The notes: a model not told the origin generated them from the letters alone. A stretch of DNA of 64,000 nt from Callorhinchus milii (GCF_018977255.1 NW_024704743.1:53322001-53386000); one strand, 5' to 3'. Shown: positions 42,038 through 56,000, numbered from the stretch's first letter. Numbers and translations: made by a program.

Positions 42038-44622
42038 ATCTAGACTGACACATTTGTAGATTATCCTGGTCTTCATGATGTTTGAACATGTGTATTAGGT
42101 TTGCAATGTTAACTGGAATTACTTGCTTCAACTGGGATCACACTTTTTTGATTATTAATGATTCCTATACCAATTTACTGTAAAGCAAGTTAATCCCTTG
42201 CTTTATAGAAAATCTGAATCCCCTTTTGCATTTGCTTTATATTAAAGAATACTCAGATAGAGTTTGTAGGTGAAGAATTTGTCATTTTGAAGATTAAAAA
42301 TACCTGAAGATCTACACAAGACTTGAATGAAGAAGGCCTTCTGGCTCATTTGATGCTATCCTTTCAGAATCAATTACTGCTTTCACATTGCAGCATGAAG
42401 CTATTTCTTAAATGAGTTATTTGAGATTTTATTAAAATGCATATCTCTACATCAATTTAGTCTTGACATTTCATTCTGAATATTAATACCTGAAAACAAC
42501 CTGAACTACAGAATATAGGGAGGACTCATTCAACCTCAAAATGCGGACTCAAATTTCTTCTCAGAAATGTATTTATTAAGTTAGAGTATTTAGTGTGAAG
42601 GCGTTGGTTCAGCATCCCAACGCTCTTTCCAAAGTGAAGGGCACGATGGAAGTGTAATTTGTTCTTGTTGTTCAGGTTATCACTCATTTTTCTAATTGAG
42701 TGTATCTCTTCTCAGGCTGTAGCTGAGATGAGAAATTAATTGTGGGTGTTACATGAGCAATTCTTGTCCAAACTTTGTGGTTGGGTATGAGAGTGATTTT
42801 TAACGGATTGTGCTAATATGCCACTTAGGATCACTGCTGAATTTGATTACCAGCCCTCAAGGTGGCTAGTATTTCATTGTCTGTGAAGGTTAGATAAGTT
42901 TTGCATATTAAAACGTTTCTCTTCTCAATTCATTATAAATGATTATATCAATCATTTGATTCAGCAATGGGCAAGTCTTGGGAGATAAAAAAAAGTTTGG
43001 ATGTACAAATCTGTTGTCCAATCTGGATCTTTAATGCACCGTCAGGTCTCTGTTTTCAAAACCCTTCTTAAAAAGTCTACCTCTTTGATTGCACCTTAAA
43101 CTATATTCCACACTGTTTGAGCTCCCACTTCAAGATTATCCTATGCAAAAGACTAGGATTGCAAGCTATTTATTGACATGGGGAATTAGCTCATGAATAA
43201 CTATTCATAACAGCAATAGATATCACAGAAAACTTCACAATATTCATAGTAAATGACCAAAAGTATTCATAATCAACTTAACACTGAGAACATGAACACA
43301 AGACTGTTCCATGTCTTGTATGGTCATTTTTTTTTAGGAAGCTTCACTCTAATTGTAATCTTAACTACAATTTGGGTGTTTCAAACCTAAAGCTGGGGAT
43401 GCTGATTTGATTTGGTCTTGTAATGTGACCTACATGTGAAGCTAGATAGTTGTCCTGCAGTTTTGAAGCTTAAATTTGTCAAAGGTCCAGTGCTGTTTAG
43501 GTTTACCAAACAAAACATTTTAAAATGTTTCAAAACGTTGATGCATTCCAGCTAAAGTACTTGAGTTGTGAATCCCTGAAATGTGCATGGGTTTCCACAT
43601 GTGTCAGATACCCAGCTGACCCTCAAAAAATCAAATTAAAAACTTAATCACTTGCAAAGCAGTACAGCATGGTTAGAGCTCAAAAACTTTGCGCGCAAGA
43701 GTAGCAGGATGACGGATTGCATCTGCAGGCATCCAGGTGGGGTTAGTGGTGACGGTCAAGCTTTTGTGGGTTGGATGGACAGAAAGGAAAGTTATTTTTG
43801 AAGCTCTTTCTCATTGGTGGAGAGCAGTACACCAACCTGGCTGTTTTCTCTGGAGTTTCTGAAGTTGGGTGAAAAATGGCACCTCTATTGAGGCAACAGC
43901 TTCTCAAGACTTACTTCTTTGATTGCCCTTGAGATAATCTTTCTCCTCCCTGCCTTCATTCAGTTCAATTCCCAGCTCAGGTGTCCAGCCGATAGTGTGA
44001 AGTGTTTGAGATGTCTTCCTGGGAAAAGGCTCTATATGAATGTTAATTGTATTGTTAATGCAACCAACTCATTCATAGCAGGATGGATCAGAATTGTTTT
44101 CCGCAACTTCAAGACACTTTCTGAGAATTATTGCTGCATACACAAAGTCATAGTTGACTTATTTGTATAAATTTAAATTTGCCCCAAGGAGGTCACCAGT
44201 GGAGAAAGCTTCAATGGCAGTGGGCAATTTTAACCTGCCTCAGATTTTGCATTGTATGTAGACTACATAACTACATTCTACAACAACAACAACAAGATTC
44301 CATTTATAAAGCGCCTTTCACGTCAGGAGGACGTCCCATGTTCCATGTAGTCAAAACAAAAAAAGGAAAAAAATAGCCAAAATAGATTCATGGCACATCG
44401 GCATTAAGCAGTCTGAATTCCTCTGATGCAATAAAACGATAATACTATTTTCCCCTTCAGTGTTTTACACTCTCTCTCTACCCCGATTCCTCAATGAATT
44501 ATTCATCCTTGGCATTGATTGTTGGTTATTTTGTTAGACCAGGATCAACAAAGGACCTTCCTGATCTGTTCACTACAAACTACTGTAAATAGATTGAAAG
44601 CAAACATTTGTAACTTACAATG

Positions 44623-44978
44623 TATAATAATTCTTGCATTTGATATAGTGCCTTATCATACCGTTGAGCTGTCTCAAAGCGCTTCACAGAGTATAGTGTA
44701 AAGTGAACTGACTGGGTATTTTGTGGGAGAAACGCGGCAGCCAATTGCACACAGTAGTGTCCCACAAATAGTCGTGGATTGAGCAACCAAATTTTGTTTT
44801 TGAGGCATTATTACCTCCAAAAGCGATCAGCCAATTGTGTAAGGGATTCCTACTTACTGCTAGGCAAACATAGGTGTATGGAGTAAGAAAACTTACTTAA
44901 GGTTTCAACCCCCCTCCCCCGGAATCAAACCCTGATCCTTTTGCTTGCGAGGTGAGTGTGCTAACCACGATACTAGGG
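44623..44978 (-). mobile_element. tRNA-Ala SINE, long variant
   Basis: Family match in reverse complement, including cctacttactgctaggcaaaca. Confidence 0.85.
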
Positions 44979-44990
44979 TTACCCTTGTTG

Positions 44991-45268
44991 CAATAATAAT
45001 CCTGCATTTGATATACTTATATTGTTATGCCATCTCAAAGCAACTTATATGATTTTACTGTGAGGTGTAGCAGCTGTATTTGTAGGCAAACAATTTGGAC
45101 AGTGGGGCACAGCAATGTCCCACAAATAGCCATGAAGCCAATACTCAATTTTATTTGGGGGTTTGCTAACCAGGATATGAGAAGAAACTCTTTTCGAATA
45201 TTGACACAGAATTTTTAATGTCCATCTGACAGGTAGACGGGACCTTGGTTTAATATCTCATCTGAAGG
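44991..45268 (-). mobile_element. Deu-domain SINE 3' part (further decayed copies at ~49150-49385 and ~50130-50265)
   Basis: ttcagatgagatattaaaccaaggtcccgtctacctgtcagatggac on the minus strand, plus tail. Confidence 0.65.
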
Positions 45269-46345
45269 ATATTTTACCTTCATCACAGCTCCTATTGAGA
45301 CCACAGAGTGAACGGGCTTTAATCATCCTTCCTATAAACTATTCTTTACAGCTGTACAATGGAACCAAAGAAACACACCCTGATATCAGTTCTGAACTTG
45401 CTCTTCACAACCCTGAACATGTGCCTTCTTGCCCTGCTACCTTAGCATATCAAAAAGTATTGTTCTTGGTCTATGTTCTGTATCATATTCAGGACTTTAT
45501 ATCATACCCCTTTTAGCTCGTCTTGTTACTTGGATGATATTTGTTCATTTACACAGAGATCTATGTATAAGGTTTTCCGTTCTTCTGCCTGCCCCTTCGT
45601 GACCATTTGAAGAGAGATAATGAGATGTGGTACAGAGCAGGGAATTAGGTTAGAGAGATGGCTTCAGCGGATCAACGAGCACCAGGTTAGGTTCCATGCA
45701 TATGAATTTACCACTTTGTAGGTTGTGCAGAATTATTGGCTAACCAAAGACATTAGGAAATTTAGATGTGCATTGATGCTTCTGACTTTCCTATACTCTT
45801 AATGACCTGTGTGAGATTTCTGGAGAAGTTACGATCTGCATTTTCAAGCTTTCCTATTTCTCAGTAGATAAATTCACCATCTGGTATGGTAATGACCTTC
45901 TGTCCCAGCTGGGATTCCAGTCTGGCTTGTGTTGGTTAAGCCCATCTGGGGAAGCTTGTAGTAATATAGTTATACCTATTAGGCTATTGTTGGTCCCAAT
46001 GTCACCGGACAGGAATTTATCTGACCAGGTTCTTTCTGCTGATTTCTCTTGTAATTCCTATCGGATGCTGAGTGAAGAAGGCTCGGTTATGAAGGTTCTA
46101 ACTGTTGAAACCTGTTGATTATTGCTGTCCAGGCTCCAACCTGGATGCATTGGGAGGAAGAAAAAATATCTGATCCATGTTATTGGAAATGGATGTCAAA
46201 CTTTTATCTGAATTAGAAGTAAACTGATGCATTGAAGCTGCAAAAAGATGTAGAAAACCTGTAAATGAAGTAGCACCTTTAGCAAATAATGATCATGCTC
46301 CTGATGTTTTACAGGCTTAGTGCATGGTCAAAGAACTTTTTAATA

Positions 46346-46851
46346 CAGTAAAACGCACGCAAGTCGTATCAGTTGAGACCCTAACATTTAATATGACTAA
46401 TGCGAAGTCTGAATTGCAGGCAAACTGCAGAATTCACAGAAAATCCAACTTAGTTAATATGTACCTGCAGCCGGTACACTTCTTAAAGCCACTACACTTC
46501 TTTTTCCTCCCACGATTCAATGCGTCTTCACCAGTCACGGCATGCATACTTACCGGCAAATGTTGGAATTGCATTGAATCGCTGGAAATGAAGACCATTT
46601 CCTGTGATTCAATGCAGCCAGGTAAGTACTCCTGCGTCTATGGGTCAAGACATCATTTTCCACTTCAAGGCTTTCAGTAAGTGTGGTAGTAATGGAGGAT
46701 AGGGGAGCAGTGCTACACGTTAAGAGGTATTTAATTTAAGTAGTATAAGTCAATTTAAGTGGTTTCGATAGGAAACTTGAGTGGGACTCGGGTGAATGTA
46801 CAACTTTATCTTGTACGATTTATCAAGATAAGACTTGTGCGAGTTTTACTG
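46346..46851. mobile_element. Non-autonomous Tc1/mariner (Tigger/pogo-like) element, 506 bp
   Basis: 25-bp TIRs cagtaaaacgcacgcaagtcgtatc vs reverse complement of gataagacttgtgcgagttttactg (21/25). Preceded by TA and followed by CA (mutated TA). Confidence 0.75.
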
Positions 46852-46939
46852 CAATAACTTTTCTGAGCCACATTCTATAAACCAATCCTTGAATTTATTG
46901 TAGCACCTGAAATTTTTCAAAGAATTTGACAATTGCTTT

Positions 46940-49123
46940 CAATTATAGTGACTTTGCCCAAAACAACCCCAAAATCCTGTTCGCCACCACCTACCACCTC
47001 CTCCACACCCCCTCTCAAGCATTCTCGCTTCAGATGCCATGTAGAGAGATCCTGGATTTTATCTCTAAGATAGAGAACATCCACCTTGCTGCCTCCGCCT
47101 CCTCCTCCTCCCCCCCCCCCCCCCGTGGCTTACTCCCCCCAACCCATGCCTCCTTCATCACCCTCTTCTACCACGACCCCCACCCTACACTTCTTTGCCC
47201 CCATCTCTTCCTCCTCTCTTTCCCCCACCATCACCCAGATAGAGCCCACCACCTGCTGCCTTGATCCCCTCGCCACCCAGCTTCTGGTCACTCAACTCCT
47301 CCTCCTCTGCACAGTTGGCTGACACAATCAACCAGTATCAGGCTCTGTCCCACTCCCCCTCAAAACCACTGTCATCACTCCTCTCCTTAAAAACCCTACA
47401 CTCGACCCCTCCAACCTCACACTCTTCAGACCAATCTTAAACCTGCCCTTCCTGGCCAAAGTTTTGGAACACGTTGTTGCAAATCAACTTTGCTCACACC
47501 TCTCCCTACTCGAAACCCTCCAATCCAGTTTTCGCCCTGCCCACAGCACAGATAGTGCTTGTCAAAGTAACAAATGACGTCCCCTCACTCTCTGTGACCA
47601 GGGCTCCCACTGCTTCCTCATCCTCCTGGACCTCTCTGCCGTGTTCAATACAGTCGATCATGCCATCCCTCCTCCACTGCCCACTTCCTCATCCATCTCA
47701 GTGGGACCACACTTGCATGGTTCGAGTCCCACAAACTGCTATCAATACATGGATTTCTCTTCCACTCCCACCCGGTCGACTGCAAGGTATTCCAGGGCTC
47801 TATCCTTGTCCTTCTTTTCCTCATCTACATGCTCCCTCTCAGCAATGTCATCGACAGACATGGGGTCATCTTCCACATGTATGTGGATTACTCACAAATC
47901 TACTGGAGTCCTGTAGCTCAGTGGTTAGAGCACTCGCTTTGCAAGTGAGAGACCTGAGTTCAATTCCAGACAGGGCGAAACCTTGGGTAAGTTTCCTTAC
48001 TCCACACAGAGCCCTAATAATAATCCCTCCAAAACCAAAAACAATAATAAATTGGCCATTTTCGATCTACAACTGTTTGTGGGACATTGCTGTGCGCAAT
48101 TGGTTGCCGCGTTCGCCCACAAATTTGCAGTCAATTCACTTTATAGTGTGTTCTGTGAAGCGCTTTGGGACGTCCTCCCGACGTGAAAAGCGCTATATCA
48201 AATGCAAGGATTATTATTATTATTATTATTACTTCTCCTCCCACTACGACTCCCAGTCCGTTGATGTCCTGTCATCTTATTTGACGGACATCAAGGCTTG
48301 GATGAACACAAATTTCCTGCAGCTGAATGTTGGTAAGATGGAAGCCATACTCTTTGTCAATACCTTCTCTCCTGCAAGTCTGAACTCCTCAACCTCCCTG
48401 GCTCTCCCTCAGCCTCACTTCACCCATGCGCGACTTAGGCATCAGGTTCAATCCTCAACTTTTCTTTCTACCCCACATCCATTCTTTGACCACGATTGCT
48501 TTTTTTTCCATCTTCGTCACATTGCTCACCTCCATCCGTACTTCACAGCCAATGCAACCGAAACCCTCGACCAGACCTCCGTCAGTTCCTGGCTGGACTA
48601 TTCCAATGTCCTCTTTGCTGATCTCCCCATCTCCACCATACAAAAAATTCAATTAATCCAAAACTCTGGCGCCTGGATACTCACCCGCACAAAACTCTGT
48701 ACCCCATCACACCAGTCCTTGCCAGGCTCCACTGGCTCCCAATTACTGCACGGATCGATTTCAAGATCCTCTCACTTGTTTTCAAATCCATTTATGCTCT
48801 CACACCTCCCTACCTATCTGACCTGTTTCCCCTCACTCCACCACCCACTGCCTCCACTCAGCTAGCTCCAGGGTCCTGTTTTGTCGCTCATCCCCTCCGC
48901 TCTACCATCAGTGGATATACCTTCAGCCACTAAACCCTGAAACTCTGGTACTCTCTCCCTCAATCCCTCTGCACGCCTTGCCCCCTCCCTCCCCACCTTC
49001 AAATCCCGCCTAAAGCCCTTCCTTTTGGTCACTTCCCCCTCCCTCGGCGTCAGATTCCGCCATTGTCAAGTGATCCGGTACGCTAGCCGCATTAAGGGTG
49101 CTATATAAACGCAAGCTATTGTT
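46940..49123 (+). mobile_element. L2 LINE (B-like tail), 5'-truncated, decayed
   Basis: NNPKILFATT, RPILNLPFLAKV, WMNTNFLQLNVGK and IQKIQLIQNS motifs; tail gggtgctatataaacgcaagctattgtt. Confidence 0.85.
47905..48230 (+). mobile_element. tRNA-Ala SINE, short variant, young, nested in L2 just after the YVDD-equivalent motif
   Basis: Full head, perfect hairpin and (att)7 tail; tact at 47901-47904 and 48230-48233. Confidence 0.92.
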
Positions 49124-51339
49124 ATAGACTGATGCAGCAGTTACTCTGTGAAGGTAACCATTAATAAATGATCAATTTATCCGAAGGTGTTTGGTCAGGT
49201 GGTGGTGGGGGAACTCCCTTGACTTTTTGGAAATAATGTTTTTATGTCTATCTGGACGGTCAGGTGCAATTTCGGTTTAGTATCTCATCCAAAGGACAGC
49301 ACTTGCAACAATGCAGCACTGCTGTGTCAGCTTGAACTATGACCAAGTCTTGATGGGGTATGAACTCACAACCTTCTGACCTAGATTCTAATCTTAAATG
49401 CTTCATTAAGATTGTATGAAGGGTCACTATGGTTCGAAATTGAGGTCCGGCATCTGTCTAACGTTGACAGTTAAAATTCTTCCTCTTTTGTGGATTAATT
49501 TACTTAAGATTTATCTTGGTTTCTGCCATTCCTACTTTTACCAGAACCATTTATCTGTGCATATGTGTAAATCTCAGGAACATACAATAAGTATTTATAG
49601 AATTTGGTTGTTTTTCTGTCTGTCAAATATTTGTGGGACCTGTTGTGTGGAAATTTGTCTGCCTTGTTTGTCTACAAGTACCCAGTCACTTTACAGGAAT
49701 TATCACTTTGAGTTGTTTTGAAGTTCGGCCACCCTCTTGTTTCTGACCCTCAGCTCGCATGCAAATCCTTGACTGTCCAGGGCCTTGGGACGTCCTTCCG
49801 GCGTAAAAGGCGCTTATCAAATGTAAGTTGTTGTTGAAGTTAAAAATGTGAAATCAATTCCAAGAATAGTTAATTGGATTATTTTTGAAATGTATTTGAG
49901 TTGGGTTGGTTTTCTGACACAGATTATTCACAAAAGGAATAGTTTAAATTCACAGGAGACCCAGTCCACATTAGGGAATTAATAATCCTTGGATTTGATT
50001 TTGCAGCTATAACATCAAAAGTCTTGAAGTCCTTCGCTAATAAGTTTTGTAAAGTGTGGTGACTTTGTTTTGTAGGCAAACAATCCAGTTTTGCCCCAAC
50101 AAGCTCCACAAACTCCATGAAGTGAATGACAAATTTCTCTGGGGAATTTGAGGGGATGAATCCTTCACAAATAACATTGTGAGATCTTTAATGTCTATCA
50201 GAACAGGGAGATAAGACCTCAGTTCAACAGCTGACGTACACTGAGGCAGGCTGACAGTGTAGGCACGCATTAATATAAATGAGGTTCCTGACAGCCTTTG
50301 AATTGAGACTTTGTTAAAATTGTATGATATTTCACTTAAAATATGTTCAAGGTGGCTAAATATCTGATTTAAAAGGTCAATTTGTTTTGGAGATGTGAAG
50401 AATCCTAAACTAGCTTTTATTGTACAAACTGTCCTGATCCTGAGCTGGAAGACTTGTTGGCAGGTACTGCTTTAGGTAGGTGTAAAACATTTTGCTTGGA
50501 GTATTGGTGTTGGAGTAGCCAGGCAGGTATGTTTGTTTTTTTTATTTCATATTATCTGTCTCCTCTGTTTTTTGGCAGGAAGCCTGCAGTCATTCAAATT
50601 GTTAAGCAATGTGCACTTCAAAGACTTTTCAGATTTGATAGGGTTGCCAATTATAAGGTTAAAATGGGTATGAATATATTTCGTCAATGCAGTGTGTAGA
50701 AGCTTTGTTTGCACAGAATGTACATCTGCATCATACAACTCCTATCTGAGAGGAAAGATAGACTAGGGCTGACTTAGCTAAGTGAGAGACTGAACTTTTT
50801 TCATTTGCATGAAATTGGTAACCTAAAGCCACAGCTTTGTGTCAATGGTAATTTAACACACCAAGGACAGTTTATGTCTGGCTAATGTTTGCATTCTTGA
50901 CTACAATGACTTGAAAATTAAGTCACTGGTTCACTTAGGCTTTATTGCTTATTGTAATATTTACCTATTTTTTAAAAAAAATTCTTCTGATTTGTTGTAA
51001 TATCTGCCATTTTGAGGAATTCGGGACAGTGGATTACCCAATCCTGGCTGCCATGATCTAAATGGTAGTAAAAGATTGCAGCCGTGGAGAGCCTCTGGGC
51101 ATGACTGGCTCCCCTTTGAATGCTGCGAGTTTCTACTCTGAAACTGATACTGTTGCTCTGAAACTCCTCTTTCCATGCAGCACAAGGTATTCTTCCAAGC
51201 ATTTGAAGCATTCAGTCACATTAGTACACCAGGAGGACAAGACACCTTGTAGATATTGAAGTCACTTATGCTTTTATCAATTACAATGAAATGCAGATTA
51301 TCGGACTATATGCCTGTATTAACAGGGTCATTACAGTCC

Positions 51340-53057
51340 CTGTCCTATCTGTGTCTCTGTCTGTTTTCTGCCCTCACTGCGCGACCGTGTCTTCTCTTCC
51401 CCCCCCCCCCCCCCACCACCGCTTTGTGTCCGTGTGCCTCTGTGTGTGTCTCTGTCTCTCTGTGTGTGTGTCTCTGGCTGTGTGTGTCTCTGGCTGTGTG
51501 TGTCTCTGGCTGTGTGTGTCTCTGGCTGTGTGTGCGCGCGTGTCTCTGCGTCTGTATCTCTGCGTGCGCGTCTGTGCGTGTGCGCGTCTGCCCGTTGCTG
51601 CGGCTGTGCCCGTCGCTGCGTGCGTGCCTGCGTGTTTATTTGCATCTGTGTGTATGTCTCTCTCTGCGCGCGTGTGTCTCTGCGCACGTGTGTCTCTGCA
51701 TCTGTGCGTGTCTCTCTTTCTGCGCGCGCGTGTCTCTGCACACGTGTGTTGCTGCGGCTGTGCCCGTCGCTGCATGCGTGCCCGCGTGTGTGCTCCTGTG
51801 TGTGTCTCTCTGTGCCTGTGCGCGCGTCTCTGTGTCTGTGCGTTTGCGTGTGTCTGTGTGTGCGTGTGTCTCTCTCTGCGCACACGCGTGTCTTTCTCTG
51901 CGCCTGTGCGCGCGTCCCTGCGCCTGTGCGCGCGTCCCTGCGCCTGTGCGCGCGTCTCTGCGCCTGTGCGCACGTCTGTGTGTGGGTGACTCTGCGCCTG
52001 TGTGTGTGGGTGTGTGTGTCTCTCTCTGCGCACGCGTGTGTCTCTCTCTGCGCCTGTGCGTGTGTTTGCGTGTGTGTCTGTGTGTGCGTGTCTCTCTCTG
52101 CGCACGCGCGTGTCTTTCTCTGCGCACGCGCGTGTCTTTCTCTGCGCGCGCGCGTCATTGCGCCTGTGCGCGCGTCCCTGCGTGCGTCCCTGCGCGCGGC
52201 TCTGCACCTGTGCCTGTGTCTGTGTGTGTCTCTCTGTGCCTGTGCGCGCATCTCTGCGTCTGTGCGTTTGCGTGTGTCTGTGTGTGCGTGTGTCTCTCTC
52301 TGCGCACACGCGTGTCTTTCTCTGCGCCTGTGCGCGCGTCCCTGCGCCTGTGCGCGCGTCCCTGCGCGCGTCTCTGCGCCTGTGCGCACGTCTGTGTGTG
52401 GGTGACTCTGCGCCTGTGTGTGTGGGTGTGTGTGTCTCTCTCTGCGCACGCGTGTGTCTCTCTCTGCGCCTGTGCGTGTGTTTGCGTGTGTGTCTGTGTG
52501 TGCGTGTCTCTCTCTGCGCACGCGCGTGTCTTTCTCTACGCGCGCGTGTCATTGCGCCTGTGCGCGCGTCCCTGCGCGCGTCTCTGCACCTGTGCCTGTG
52601 TGTGTGTCTCTGCGCTTGTGTGTGTGTGGCTTTGCGTCTGTGTGTGTGGGGTTGTGTGTCGGTCGGTTGGGGGGTGTGTGTGTGTGTCGGCCGCTGTGTG
52701 GGTGTCGGCTGGTGTGCGGGTGGGTGTGGGTCGGCCGGAGAGTGTGCGGGTGGGTCGGCCGGGGAGTGTGCGGGTGGGTCGGCCGGGGAGTGTGCGGGTG
52801 GGTCGGCCGGGGAGTGTGTGGGTGGGTCGGCCGGGGAGGGTGTCGGCCGGGGAGTGTGCGGGTGGGTCGGCCGGGGAGTGTGCACCTGGGTGTGGGTCGG
52901 CCGGGGAGTGTGCACCTGGGTGTGGGTCGGTTGGGGTGCGTGGGTCGGTCGGGGTCTGTGCGTGGGTCGGTCGGGGTCTGTGCGTCGGTCGGTCGGGGTA
53001 TGTCGATCTGCGTGTCTCTGTCGGACTGTGTGTGTGTCTGTGTGTGCGTGTGTGTCG

Positions 53058-53089
<32 letters not shown>

Positions 53090-56000
53090 CGGACCGTGTG
53101 TGTGTGTGTCGGACCGTGTGTGTGTCTGTCGGACCGTGTGTGTGTCTGTCGGACCGTGTGTGTGTCTGTCGGACCGTGTGTGTGTCTGTCGGTCCGTGTG
53201 TGTGTCTGTCGGTCCGTGTGTGTGTCTGTCGGTCTGTGTGTGTGTGTTTGTGTCTGTCGGTCTCTGTGTGTGTCTGTCGGTCTGTGTGTGTGTGTGTGTG
53301 TGTCTGTCGATCTCTGTGTGTGTGTCGTTTGGTCTGTGTGTGTTGGCCGGTGTATGTGTGTGTCGGTCGGGGTGTATGGGTTGGTCGGTCGGGGTGTGTG
53401 TGTGTGGTTTGGTTGGTATGTGTGTGTGTGTCGGTCGGTATGTGTGTGTGCGTCGGTCGGTCGGGATCTGTGTATCGGTCAGTTGGTCGGTCGGGGTCTG
53501 TCGGTCGGTCGGGGTCTGTGTTTCGGTCGGTCGGTCGTGGTGTGTGCATCGGTCGGTCGGGATCTGTGTATCAGTCAGTTGGTCGGTCGGGGTCTGTCGG
53601 TCGGGGTCTGTGTTTCGGTCGGTCGGTCGTGGTGTGTGCATCGGTCGGTCGGGGTGTGTGCGTCGGTCGGTCGGGATCTGTGCGTCGGTCAGTCGGTCGG
53701 TGTCTGTGCATCGGTCGGGGTGTGTGGGTTTCGGTCGGGGTCTGTGCGCCGGTCGGTCGGGATCTGTGTGTCGGTGTGTGTGTCTGTCGGTCTGCGCGTG
53801 TCTGTCGGTCTGCGCGTGTCTGTCGGTCTGCGCGTGTCTGTCGGTCTGTGTGTGCGCGCGTGCGTGTCGGCCGGTGTGCGCGCGTGCGTGTCGGCCGGTG
53901 TGTGCGCGTGGGTGTCGGCCGGTGCGTGTATGTCGGCTGGTGTGCACGCGTGTGTGTCGGCCGGTGCGCGTGTGTCGGCCGGTGCGCGCGCACGCGTCGG
54001 CCTGTGTGTGTGACGGCCGGCGTCTGTGTATGTCGGCCGGTGCGTGTGTTGGCCGGTTTGTGCGTGTGTGTGTGTGTGTCGGCCGGTGGGTGTGTCGGTC
54101 GGTCGGGGTCTGTGTGTCTCTGTCAATCTGCGTGTCACTGTCGATCTGCATGTCTCTGTTGATCTGCATGCGAGCGCGCGTCTGTCGGTCTGTGTGTGTG
54201 TGTGTATGTATGTGTGTGTCTGTTGGTGTGTGTCTTTTGGTGTGTGTGCGCGCGCGTTTGTGTGTGTCTCTGTCGGTCAGTGTGTGTGTGTGTCAGTTGG
54301 TCGGGGTGTGTGGGTCGTTCGGTGTGTGTGCGTCAGTCGGTCGGTCGGGGTATGTGTGTGTGTCGGTCGGTCGGACGGGGTCTGTGTGTCGGTCGGTGTG
54401 TGTGCGTCGGTCGGTTGAGGTATGTGTGAGTCGGTCGGTCGGGGTATGTGTGAGTGGGTCGGTCGGGGTCTGTGCGGCGGTCGGTCGGGGTCGGTGTGTG
54501 TCTCTGTCGATCTGCGTGTCTCTGTCGGTCTGTGTGTGTGTGTCTGTCGGTCTGTGTGAGTTTGTGCGTGTGTCGGCCGGTGTGTGTGCGTGTCTCTCAG
54601 TTTCTGTGTGTGTGTGTGTGTGTGTGTGTGCGTGCGTGCCGGTTTCTCTGTGCGTGTGTGTGCGTGTCTGTCGGTTTCTCTCTGTGTGTGCGTGTCTGTC
54701 GGTTTCTCTGTGCGAGTGCGTGCGTGTCTGTCGGTTTCTCTCTGTGTGTGCGTGTCTGTCGGTTTCTCTGTGTGTGCGTGTCTGTCGGTTTCTCTGTGCG
54801 TGCGTGTCTGTTGGTTTCTCTGTGCGAGTGCGTGCGTGTCTGTCGGTTTCTCTCTGTGTGTGCGTGTCTGTCGGTTTCTCTGTGTGTGCGTGTCTGTCGG
54901 TTTCTCTGTGTGTGCGTGTCTGTCGGTTTCTCTGTGCGAGTGCGTGCGTGTCTGTCGGTTTCTGTCTTTGTGTGCGTGCGTCTGTCGGATTCTCTGTGCG
55001 TGCGTGTCTGTCGGTTTCTCTGTGTGTGTGTGTCGGTTTCTGTGTGTGTGTTTGTGGTCTGTGTGTGTGTGTGTATTAGCTCGGTCTGTGTGTGTATTAG
55101 CCCGGTCTGTGTGTGTGTGTGTGTGTCTGTCAGTTTCTGTGGGTGTGGGTGTGTCTGTCGGTGGGTGTGTCTGTGTCTGTCGGTGGGTGTGTCTGTGTCT
55201 GTCGGTGTGTGTGTATGTCTGTCGGTGTGTGTGTATGTCTGTCGGTGTGTGTGTATGTCTGTCGGTGTGTGTGTATGTGTCTGTCGGTGTGTGTGTATGT
55301 GTCTTATCGGTTTCTGTGTCTGTCGGTTTCTGTGTGTGTTTGTCGGTTTCTGTGTTTGTGTGTGTGTCGGTTTCTCTGTGTGTGTGTGTGTTGATTTCTC
55401 TGTGTGCGTGTGTGTCTGTCGGTTTCTCTGTGTGTGCGTGTGTGCGCGCGTGTCTGTCGGTTTCTCTGTGTGTGTGCGTGCGTGTCTGTCAGTTTCTGTG
55501 TGTGTGTGTCGGTTTCTCTGTGTGCGCGTGCGTGTTTTTGTCGGTCGGTGTCTGTCCGTCTGTCTGTCCGGGTCCGTAAGTCAGTCTGTCCAGGTCCGTC
55601 TGCCAGCGTCCATCCGTCTGTCGGAGTCCGTCCATCTGTCTGTCGGCGTCCGTCCATCTGTCTGTCTGTCGGCATCCATCTGTCTGTCTATCGGCGGCCG
55701 TCCGTCTGTCTTGTCTGTTGGCGTCCGTGCGTCTGTCTGTCTGTTGGCGTCCGTGCGTCTGTCTGTCTGTTGGCATCCGTCTATCTGTCTGTCGGTGTCG
55801 GTGCTTGTCTGTCGGTGCCTGCCTGTTGGTGCCTGCCTGCTTGCCTGTCGGTGCCTGCCTGTGCCTGCCTGCTTGCCTGTTTGTGCCTGCCTGTCGGTGC
55901 CTGCCTGCTTGCCTGTCGGTGCCTGCCTGTTTGCCTGTCGGTGGTTGCCTGCCTGCCTGTCGGTGCCTGTCGGTGCATGCTTGCCTGTTTGTTTGTGTCT

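Noticed and set aside
44200..44230. RKLQ-W-QW peptide as IGF2BP3 exon 3
   Set aside because: It lacks IRNIPPHL and has no suitable splice sites.
47474..48865. 463-aa ORF
   Set aside because: Chance read-through across a frameshifted L2 and a nested SINE; mostly out of the RT frame.
52725..53230. CRISPR-like regular repeats
   Set aside because: Head-to-tail units without unique spacers, in a eukaryotic intron, with no cas genes.
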